A DNA stretch of 64,000 nucleotides from assembly GCA_016748015.1 (NCBI GenBank), contig JAAOMT010000678.1:414389-478388 (forward strand), given 5' to 3'. This stretch comes from Geosiphon pyriformis uo1 (lineage: Eukaryota; Fungi; Glomeromycota). The position numbers were made by a program, and so were the translations under genes. This document shows positions 40,289 through 51,317 of the stretch, piece after piece (within the stretch, counting starts at the first letter, position 1; every line of letters begins with the position of its first letter). The notes beneath the pieces were generated by a model. The model was not told the DNA's origin. It saw only the letters and a program-made list of their open reading frames with translations, and did not search any database.

Positions 40289-42616
40289 ATGGTTTTGCTT
40301 CCACGAACCTCAAACCCTACTTTTCTTCATAACTACAAGCTCTTCTTAAACTCATTCTCACTAACGTCACTATTTAAAAACAATAGGTTTTGCATTCTTA
40401 ATCACATTTCGCGAACGAAATTTACCAACCATCAGTTTCATTCATTCACAACCACGAAGGGGTCACCTACAAATACTTCTTTCAGTACCGCTGCTGATAG
40501 GAAAGCTTTACCATCCAATCAGTCATTGAACGACACAATTTTTGCGCTGTCTTCGGCACATGGAAAAGCAGGTGTTGCGGTGATACGCGTTTCTGGTGTT
40601 GGCGCTTCGGAGGTAAAAATTCAAATGATAAAAAGTATTCCGCTTAAACATCTTAAACATGATCAAATTCATCGAATAATATTCAAAATTTTTGGGAAAC
40701 TGATGATAAGGCAATTGAAAAACTCGCGGTTAAAAATGCAAAGTTTCCCATCCCACGCATTGCAACCCCTCGTTCAATTTTACATCCAAACACGCGTGAA
40801 GTATTGGATTACGGATTAGTTATATGGTTTCCTGGTAAGCTCTACGCTTTAAAAATATTTTCAAAAGTACATTATTATTAATGTTTCGATTTTTACACTA
40901 GGTCCAAACAGCTATACTGGGGAAGATGTGGTGGAGTTTCATATTCATGGTGGTACTGCCGTTGTTTCTGGCGTATTAGAAGCATTGTCTAGTGTAAGAG
41001 GATTTCGGTATGCGGGCCGCGGTGAGTTTACTAGAAGGTAACCCTTAAACCTATGTTCATATTTTTAATTGAAAGTCTGGATACTTTCTAACGTAATCTT
41101 GTTTATTTTTTTGAGTAAAGGGCATTTGATAACAATAAATTAGATTTAACGGAAATAGAAGGGTTGGCCGATTTATTGAATGCTGAGACAGAAGTGCAGA
41201 GACGGCAAGCTTTGCGACAAGCTCAGGTATCGTAGCATTTTATTTTGGTACGATATTACACCTGTCGTGATTTGGGTTTGATTTTAATTATTAAATGCTA
41301 AAAAAAGGGTGGTCTTCGAAATCTTTATGAAAAATGGAGAAAAGAATTGATCGAGAATATGGCACTAGTTGAGGCTGTCATTGACTTTGGAGAAGAAGAA
41401 AATATTGAGGATGGAGTAAGGGAGCGAGGTTTGTCACAAATTCATTTTTAGGTTCGAGTGTTGAATGCTAATTACCGCTTTTTTATAGCTTCAGAAAATG
41501 TACAACGACTTATGAAAGATATTTCTGAACATATTAATGACAATCGGCGTGGCGAGATATTGCGAAATGGAATTTATGTGACTCTACTTGGTCCACCAAA
41601 CTCGGGGAAAAGTAGCTTTTTGAACTCTTTAGGTAAATATTTTTTAAATTGCTTGAAGTTAAATACAAATATCGCTAATATTCCATGCCAACGACAATAG
41701 CGCAGCGCCAAGCGGCTATTGTATCATCAATTCCCGGTACAACACGTGATGTAGTAGATGTTTCATTAAATATTGGTGGCTATCCTATCGTTTTGGGTGA
41801 TACTGCTGGATTAAGAGAAACTGACGATGAAATTGAGCTAGAAGGCATGAAAAGAGCTAGAGATCGGTAAAAATGCATTTTATCATCATTTTCAACGTAT
41901 TCACATTCTAAGTACCCAAAATTTCCCCTTTGATATTGATTATAGGATTCTCTCATCAGATATCAATATATGCATTTTATCTTTACCTGAATTGATAACT
42001 AAATTTAAAGAGGCGAATGATTTTCGCTCATCGATTGGGACCCACATTACTGACTCTGTTGATGAGGGTACTTTGGTTATTTTAAACAAACTAGATCTTG
42101 TTAAAGAAGCAAGAGAAGCAACTCAGCTGCGAGAAAAATTGGTTGAGACCCTGGGATTGAAGCTTGTATGGGAGGCATCTTGTAAGACGGGTCAAGGCCT
42201 GCAGATATTCCTGGATCAGTTTATTCGATTAATTAAACACAAGTAAGTGAAGATGAAAAACTTGATTTTAGAGTTTTCTTCCCTTCAATTATTTTCATCT
42301 CTTGAAATCTTAAGGTTCGATTCATCGGCCGGTCAACAAGCCATCATTACTCAATTCCGCCATCGAAAACACTTGAATGAGTGTTTAGAATCTTTGAAGG
42401 CTTATTTGGGTAAGTATTCTATTGATGAGTTGCCTTTTCCTTTTTCTCTTTCCATTATTTCAATAAATTTTAATTTTCTTAATAGAAACTGAAGAAATAG
42501 TTCTCGCGGCAGAGGAGTTACGTCATGCTGTCAATGCAATCGGCAAAATCACTGGACGTGTGGATGTGGAAGAAGTATTGGGTCTTATATTTCAACAATT
42601 TTGTATTGGTAAATAA
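40289..42616 (+). CDS. MSS1: Mitochondrial tRNA modification GTPase MnmE/TrmE (MSS1/GTPBP3); exons 40289-40612, 40711-40834, 40902-41037, 41121-41226, 41308-41428, 41489-41632, 41701-41866, 41946-42242, 42315-42409, 42486-42616
   Basis: [60 protein letters not shown] and C-terminal FCIGK; nine GT-AG introns; basic, hydroxylated N-terminal presequence. Confidence 0.97.
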
Positions 42617-43224
42617 AAATCCCAAAATCCCAAAATCCCAAAATTATTTAATGGCACAATAGAGATGATCGTTGAATATCCTTACAATTCTGGTACTAGA
42701 CAAGTTCCTCGTTTTATTCATGGCCAAGAGGTGTTTTTTTATTAAGAGAATTTCCTCAAATTAGAAAGTTGTTGAGGTATTTTTTTTGCTGTGCTTATGT
42801 GAGTGTAGTCCAACCACAGTTTACATAATCAGCGCATATACATGCCCAAAGTAAGGGTATTTTTACAGCTGAAAAGAATTTCGATCCCAGTATTCGAATA
42901 ATTTCAAAATTAAATTGTGAAATTTTTGATAATCAATAAAAGTCAAGTCTTGAGTAAAAAAATATATAATTATTGTTAAATGTAATATTTAGATTTCATT
43001 ATTTTAAATTTGTAAAATATTCCATTTTAAATCTGATTGTAATAAAATTCATTTATTAGTAAATATAGCATATACAAAATTATAAATGAAACCAATAATT
43101 AATGACTTGAAACTTGACAATGTATTTGTTTAATTTTTAAAAATTATGTTTTAAAAATTATTGTATTTATAGTAAAAATGGGCTGTTTTTAATTCAAGTT
43201 CATGATCAATAAATCGGAATATTA

Positions 43225-43268
<44 letters not shown>
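43225..43268. repeat. (AAT)n microsatellite
   Basis: Direct trinucleotide repeat. Confidence 0.9.
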
Positions 43269-43272
<4 letters not shown>

Positions 43273-44608
43273 CCACTGATGAGATAAAATTCAATGATTT
43301 GATTTAATAATTATAGTCCCTGCTGATCAGTTTTATTCGCAAACTTTATCTATTTTTTATCAATATGAAATTTTGTATTGAGAAAATTAGTTCTTTTTAT
43401 AGTTTTTTTTTATATTTTAAAAGCCGAATTTAATTTTTGTATTCAAATTCAAAATAATGTATTGAAAATTTGATATCGCAGAATTATACGAGTTTTTAAA
43501 ATTTGATAGAAAATAATTTTTTTTGATTCTTTGAATTTTATTGCAGAAATTACTTTAAGAATTTGAAATAAAATTTTTTGAAAAATAATAATTTTTTTGT
43601 GCTATATCATAAATTGCCTTATTTTATTTTATTTTATTTACTGGCAAATTAAAATATCCTTGATCATTTTTATATATATATCCAAAAATCCAAATTTATT
43701 TAAGAAAAAAAATTATATTAAAAATTTAGAAATAAATTAATTATACTAGCTGCATTCACTCAAATTCAAAAGTTTTTGAACTGAAAATTTACCATTTTCA
43801 ATCCATGTAGGGATTTGACGGTCGATTTTTAATCAATAAAGTGATTAAGGAAGAAAGTTTTAATTAAAATAATTTTATAATTGCTGTAAGCATGAAAAAT
43901 ACTTTTTATTTCTCAAAATTCGAACGTCCTTTTGGGTAGGATTAATTTGGTAGATTACGTGACAGAATTCAAAAAACTATAAGAATCCCGGAATATCCAA
44001 GATTTCGATAAATTGATCCGAACCAAGAAAAACTATGGCTTAATCAAAAGCTGGGATGCGAAACCTTCCGAATTTGTGTGATTTTTTGGAATATTCTTTG
44101 TCAGCTTCTTTGCTATCTATATATTTTTTACTAATTCTCCGGATTCATTTAATTGCTAAAGTGATTATCAGATTGATGTTACAATAGCAGTTGAAATGGA
44201 TCAGACTTTCGTAAAGACTTTATATAGTGTACACAAGGGTAGAATTTATGGTCTTTACTCTTTGTGGGGTAAAAAGTTTCACTTTCTTCTTTGATTCACT
44301 TAACATAATTTTTAGTTTTCTTTGAATTAAACTGTTCACAAATAATAGGATATTTATAACATCTTTCGCAGCTATCGGTAAAGTTAAGGATTCATAAGAA
44401 GGATGAAAAACAACCACCAATTAAAAGATTTTTCATATAAATTTACGCTGGGGGAAAGAGTATTCGGTAATAAGTGGCATATTAAGATAGAATGTAAAGG
44501 GTCTCGGGCTTGAAACAGGAAGACCGATTGGGCAGTTGACTTTTTTAAAAATTTTAAGAATCTAGACACTCTTCAAAGACTATTTTTAAGGGAGTAGCTT
44601 GGATATTT

Positions 44609-45441
44609 CTATGCCAAACAGATTTTTATTTTTATTAATTCCAACTTCTTTATGCCCACTGTGAACTCAAAACTTGGGAATAGGGCCTAAGATATAAAAT
44701 TTAATGCCAAAAATTCTGTTTGGTCCCACGAAATATTCTTGCCTCTTTTACCTTGAGGCTTCTGAGTGGTAATGTGAAACAATCTAGAAAGTAATCACCT
44801 ATCTTTATCGCTATTGCAGAAACCTCGAGGTGCCTGGAGTTAGAGAGTTCAAAGAAAATACCCATATCTCCGGAAAACGATTTGCCATTGGCCTGTAAGA
44901 GCTTATTTTGATCGAAAAAGTTGACCATATCGACTTGAAAAGTTTCATTTCTGGCAGATAAATTGATGCTAAAAGTGGTATTGTGCTTTCCCAATAAGAA
45001 TTTGATCGGTTTGGCTGGACGAAAACATATGGTTGGTCGGCCGATCCATTCCGAAGTTGGTATCAGTTCAAGAGGAATGCGAAAAGTATGTTTCAAGTAT
45101 GTGCTCTATTTAAAGGTATGAGCCAGTCATAATTATACGAAAACAACTCAAAGCAAAAAGTGGTCGGCTGTAAGCGGGTACCGGTTTATTGATCGTCCAT
45201 GAGTAATTATCACGAAAAAAATCCAAAAAGGCTGTTAGTATTAGCTTGGAAAACCTTTTCGAGGTTCTTCTTAGGTTCCAAAACTCTCCAAAACTTTCCC
45301 TGTAGTTATAAAACTAGTTGTTTGAAAAAAATGATTGAATTCGAATGAGCTATTGATCTACACATACCTCCAATCGAATCCTGACTCTAGGACGAGAACC
45401 AAAATTTGAATCCACGTTTCATCGGGTAAATGGCAATACAT
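44609..45441 (-). CDS. F-box-like protein; 3' exon structure uncertain and may extend towards ~44000
   Basis: Spliced N-terminus MYCHLPDETWIQILVLVLESGFDWRESFGEFWNLRRTSKRFSKLI (intron 45300-45367) fits the F-box pattern LPxE..I..L..SKRF, then splices into ORF 44701-45096. Confidence 0.6.
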
Positions 45442-46518
45442 CTCGACTTAATTAGAAATTTGATTATATTGAACCTTTCTATAGAGTTAAAAAAATAGGG
45501 CTGTTTTAGTTAAAAAGAGCTCAAAATACAACAACTTGTCTTAGAAAATTATGTTAAGCTTTAATGACATAATGAAAAGGCTTAAAAGTTGGCGGCAGAA
45601 AGCTTATGTTTGACAAGCTCTTATAAGGACATATCAATTTTGAATTGATCCTAAGTCAATGATGAAGTAAGAATGTCAAGAAGTTTTGGAAGACTTTAAA
45701 TCGAAATTGTTTATGCGCATAAAATGGTTTTTACACTGGAATGTTTGAACAGATAGATATGGTGATATTGGGATATTGTCCAATCCCATTTATTCACGTG
45801 TCAAGTTGTACATTTACCAAAAAAAAATCAATAATAAAACCTTTGTAATGTGATCTTTGGCTTACCTAATGAAAACATTCATAGAGATAAATTTATGTCA
45901 AGCTTGAATATCAGTATTTTCACTGTATTGTTTAACGAAATTTATCTCAAGATTAATTTGAATTTGAGTTTTCGCAGGTTCCTAAATTGAAGTTCTCAAA
46001 AGTTTTAATATTTAATTTTATTAGAAGCTTTTATAAATATAATTGAATAAAAAAAATTTATTGAAAGAAAGAAAAAAAAAACAAGAATATTCACATATTT
46101 TTAATATTACAACTTAAAAAGAATTCTAGTTAAGCAAATTTTACGAGAATATGGGACAAAATTGAAAATAAATACCATGTTTTTCAATTTAATAATTAAA
46201 CAATTTTTTCCAAAACACAAGGCGTTTAAAATTCAAAATTCAAAATACAAAATTATTTGAACTGATATTCAATAAAGTAGAAAAATTAGATAGCTAATTT
46301 ACATATAAAAAATTTTAATTAAATATCTAATTTCTGAAAATGTAATATTTTTTATCACTACCTGTTAGCTTAATAAAATTCAGCCAGAGGCACTATTTTA
46401 TGTCTAAAAAATCGAAAAAATTATTCATATTCAAAATTAACTAGGTTTTACTTTTTTTCTTTTAGAAAAAATTGTTTTTCTTCTATATACATTGGATTGA
46501 CAATACAATTTTTTTGAA

Positions 46519-46578
46519 ATTGAAAATTAAAACTGAAACTGAAACTGAAGCTGAAACTGAAATTGAAATTGAAATTGA
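46519..46578. repeat. (TGAAAY)n hexamer repeat
   Basis: Tandem TGAAAC/TGAAAT units. Confidence 0.8.
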
Positions 46579-47563
46579 TTTCGATTGGTAAAATACTCAA
46601 AATTATTAATTGCCTATGATGATTACGCAATTTAAAATGTTTTTGATAAATTGTTCAATAATTGGCTATTTGATCAAATCATCAAGAAAATTATATATTA
46701 AATATTTAAAATGGGTCAGTCATATTCATTTAATGACTAATAGTATAAAATTTTTTTGAGTAATGAAAGATTTATTTATGGATCAAAAGATGATTGAAAC
46801 TTTTTCTCCTTGATCTTATCCATCATCTAAAATCGGTTGAGGCTTAAATTCTTTGTCTAAACTTTTTCGGTTAACAGATTACATTTAATACAGGTTTTTA
46901 TTTTTTGATATCTGCAACTAGAAATACTTGACCTGTGAAGAAATTCGTATTAAAAAGTCCAACTTTAGAAAAATAATTAGACAATTGCAAATGAGATTTT
47001 TCAGTTATTAAGTCATGCATTTATTTCCAAGTTACTAATATGGTAACTCATTTTGTAGCCAGGTTGATTATTCAAGATAAAAAAGTATCAATGCTCATTC
47101 ATCTTTCAAACTTGAAACTTGACATTCTTGAACTCAAAGAAATTGTGATTGTTGCATACATAAAGAGTTATTTTCATAGTCATAAAAAACAATATGTAAG
47201 GGTCCAAAAAACTTTGGAAAATTCTCCAACGATCAGAAGCTCCTCGAGAGTTGATAAAGTTCATCATTGTAAATGTAATAGAGGTAACATTTTAAGGTTA
47301 GTCTTTATTCCCAAAAGAGAATTTTGAATTAGAAACTCTCGATGAGCTCATCTGATCATTTATATGAAACTAATAAGTAACTTTCATACTAGACGAATTT
47401 GATGATCTTGACCAAAAATGGATTGAAGTCGCGAGAAGCTTTTTCTATAAAATGGACGAAAAAAAATGAAGGCTCAAGAAAAGAATTCTTAAGCTTTACC
47501 TTTGAAAGTTCAGAATCAAATTAATTCTCATCATTTACCATTGATCGATCAAATCAAATTGAA

Positions 47564-48147
47564 ATGGCAACAAGACAAATCCTTCAATTTATCTTCATCT
47601 CAATCACTCTTTTCGCTTTATTCACCATTACTTCTGCCGCTCCGACAATTTTCGGATACCCTATAAGCGAATGTCAGGCTAACGCCGGAAATATTGGTTG
47701 TGGAAATAAGGGTTATGGAAATATTGGACTTGGTAACGGAGGTGATAATAATATTGGAAGCTACAACGGAGTCGGAAATTCCGGTAAAAATAACGGCAAT
47801 TCCAATATTGGCAGCTATAACGGATCATGGAATGGAATTGGAAGTAATGGCAATAGTGGATCAAATAATGGCAATAGGAATCTTGGAAGTTATAATGGAT
47901 CATGGAATGGGTCATTCAATTATGGTGGAATTTTCAATGGAAACAATAATGGAAATGGGAATTTTGGAAGTTGGAATGGTAAGACCTTTTTTTTTTTTAG
48001 AGCTTAATAAGTTAAAAAAACTAAAATTCTATTATATCTCTTGACAAAAAACTAGGTTCAAACAATGGTAATTGGAACAAAGGAAGTTTTAATGGCAACA
48101 GCAATGGGAACTACAATGGTCCATTTGCACATAGATATCGATATTAA
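47564..48147 (+). CDS. Small secreted Gly/Asn-rich repeat protein; join(47564..47978, 48056..48147), 168 aa
   Basis: Signal peptide MATRQILQFIFISITLFALFTITSA/AP, NxGxGNxG and GSxNG repeats, and a GT-AG intron that restores the repeat frame to the stop at 48147. Confidence 0.88.
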
Positions 48148-50212
48148 AAAGAATCTACAACTCATGACACCTTTAGAAGCTTTTAACTTTCAAAAAAATA
48201 ATTTTTTTATAACATTATAGATTTAATATAAGAAACATATTTGAATTAAATAAAGCTAAATCAAATTGATTAATATTATATTTTAAATTTCAAGCTAATA
48301 AGTTTAATAGATGGGAAAGAAAGCATTTTTTTATCCTAAAAATTTAAATTTTCAATTTTCCCCATGATAATTTTTGCCAAGAGAAGAATTTTAATATCAT
48401 TTTACTATATCTTTTAATTTAATAGTAAATTTTTATCAGCAACTAATTATTAAATGATATCAATAATGATTTGTAATAAAACTAATTTTATTTTTGATCA
48501 TGCTAAACTTATAGTTGTGTCGTTCTGAAAAAGAAATTGAGATACACCCAAGAACAAATTTAATATTTAATCCTAAACAAAGAATTGTTTTTTATTTTTA
48601 AAAAATTACTGCGATGATATAATAATTTTTCTCGACTCAAATCAAATCACTTTGTCATGTCAAACTGACCCAAAGTATTTAAATTTAAATAAATGTATAT
48701 TTTAAACGTTTTTCTTTAAATGATGAAAGTTTATGGAATTAAAATATATATAAATTAGAGAAACAAAAAATATCTTTGAATTTTTTAATACTTGTATTGT
48801 TCTCAAAGAAATTTTCTGCTGAGCACATCTGTTGACTATTTTGTAGAGGAGAAGATTTTTTATCCAATTAAGGGAAAAAAAATTACATGTATATGTGCAT
48901 GTATAAAGTCAGGAATCACTATTATAAAAAAAGCTTTTTAGAAAGTTCTTTATAGATGTGACCAAATGTTCAATCAAACAACTTTACACAATCTGTCATT
49001 TATTTGAATTAGAATTGTTATTGTTTTTCATCTGGGTTTTCTATTAAAAAATATTTATGCTTTAAAAGAATATTTTGTATTTTAAATAGAATGGATCATT
49101 CTTAAACGTCATCGCTCTTTTTTTTTATTGTTCTGTTGGGCATAAATGCATGAGCACAACGGGCATTTTACTTGCATGTTTTTCTTTATTGTTTAGCATT
49201 TTTTTATCGACATTCAAAAACAGATATAAATATTGCTCGAGTCGGTTAGAAGACTCCAAATTTCTATAATCTGATTGATGTTAATTTTTCTTTTGAAAAG
49301 TATTAGGCAACTAATTAAATAAGAAAATTTATACAATCACAGTTAAAATTGTAATTGACAAATTCAAGCAAAGGATTTTATTATAAATAGACTAATATTA
49401 ACTTGTGATTGAATTTTATAGGCTGATTATTAATGGTGGCTATAAAACAAGAAGTTTGGATAAATTGGACATTATTTTAAAAACTTTCAATTGGCAAATA
49501 TTCAAAAAATCTATCATTTAGTTGGATAATTAACGACCGTCTTTTTTTTTATCAAATATATCAATAGATACCAGTTCCCTCCTTGGCGTAATAATCACAT
49601 GAGGAACTTTAAGTTGTGCTCTCGCTACTAATCTGATTTCTCTCATAAAACAAAGTCTTGGCAATAAATTTTTCTCGAGGTAAAAAAAAAAACAAAACGG
49701 GAATACCGAAACAAGATAAATTGTGAATTTTGCTTATCCCAAAAATATTCAGAAATTTAAAATGATACATAGCATTCAATGTTGTAGCATGTAAGCATGT
49801 AAGCATGTAACCATTGAGGCATTCTTTATGATATTCATTACTCATTGGGTTACTAAAACAAACCCCATTTAGAAATTTTAAAATACTCAATAAAAGGTTA
49901 CGCAGTTATCCCTTTTTTCCTTAGATTTACAGATCTCCATAAATCAAATAATTTCATTACCATTTATGGTTATTATGTTTGCATGGAGAAAGATGTACAA
50001 ATTTTGAATACCCTTGTTACCCGAATACCCGTTGTTAGAGCTGCATTTACTACATGTTTCGCTGTTTAACATGGTATAATATTACTCCAAACAATTCACA
50101 AGGCAAAAATCGTCGAAATGAGAAAAATCTTAATTTATAAAAAGGCCTCATCCAAAATTATTCTCTCAAAAAAAACTTTATCCACTATTATTTAAATTTC
50201 CTTTATTTAAAA

Positions 50213-51148
50213 ATGAGAATCTCTAGCCTCATATTCATCTCTCTATTTTATTTCAGCTCTTTAATCAACTCAAAGACATCTGCTCAAGTCGATATTATAG
50301 ACCTTAGTGCAAAATGTTTGATGACCGGCGAAGCTTTCCTAGGATCACCGGAACTTTCAAAGTGTTTTCCCTTTTCCTCGGTTCAATCACAATTCGCCTC
50401 AGATGGCATAAACATTGACGAATCCATCGCAAATTCTCTTAAGGATATCTGTGATGCGCCTAAATGTGACGATAAACTCATTCAAAACGCCATCGACAAG
50501 CTTAATGTTGGCTGTCAAAGCGATATTAAAAATAATAATACCATTGTATTAGGTTTTCAACAAGGTTTACAATTTTATTCTCCTCTACGAGATTCATTGT
50601 GTTTAAAAACCTCGGGTGGAAAATTCTGTATCGCTGAGACGATAAAGATTGTCAAAGAGTTTGTTACTAGTGACGCAAATTTGGCTAATCTTACCTTAGC
50701 TATTGAAGCTCCTATTACTATCTTTGATAGCATCCCCAAGTCTTTAGCTTGTACCACTTGTAATAAGGCAGTTGGGAATATTTTATTAAACTTTGCAAAG
50801 AGTAATCCTCAAGCATTGAAGAACATTTCAAGCTTTATTGGTTTTACTCAAGAAGATGTCACGAATGCTATTGAAAAGAAATGTGGTAAAGAATTTTTGA
50901 GTGAGTTTTTTATACATATATTAGGCTTGAAAACTTTTGCTTTGTTTTCCTTACTAATTTCAATATTAACTTTAATTTTCAAACGGATAGACGGTAAAGT
51001 TCAATTAGATAATCTGACAACCAATGGTACAACAAGCAATATTACATCCGGCTCCCAAAAATCGGTCGCTTCAAATAACAACTATTACTTTTCTACCATT
51101 TCTTTCTTCTCAGCAGCTTCTATCATCGTTTCATTTGCTCTGTTTTAA
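50213..51148 (+). CDS. Secreted 10-Cys protein with probable GPI anchor; likely intron 50901-50990
   Basis: N-terminal signal peptide; Cys pattern including CDAPKC, YSPLRDSLCLK..GKFC, CTTCNK and KKCG; Ser/Thr/Asn linker and hydrophobic C-terminal tail. Confidence 0.85.
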   Translation: MRISSLIFISLFYFSSLINSKTSAQVDIIDLSAKCLMTGEAFLGSPELSKCFPFSSVQSQFASDGINIDESIANSLKDICDAPKCDDKLIQNAIDKLNVGCQSDIKNNNTIVLGFQQGLQFYSPLRDSLCLKTSGGKFCIAETIKIVKEFVTSDANLANLTLAIEAPITIFDSIPKSLACTTCNKAVGNILLNFAKSNPQALKNISSFIGFTQEDVTNAIEKKCGKEFLSEFFIHILGLKTFALFSLLISILTLIFKRIDGKVQLDNLTTNGTTSNITSGSQKSVASNNNYYFSTISFFSAASIIVSFALF

Positions 51149-51317
51149 AAAGAGGATTTTAATTGTAATTTAATTTTTCACTATAAAAAATATAATGCTA
51201 TAGAAAAGATATATTAATTAAGCTATATATTTAAAATTAAAAAAAATAATTTTTATTTTGAAAAGACATTACAATAATTGTAGAAAATTTGATTCAAAAA
51301 AGATCACAAGAATTTAA

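Noticed and set aside
47679-48044. Alternative-frame ORFs over the Gly/Asn gene
   Set aside because: By-products of the repetitive coding sequence.
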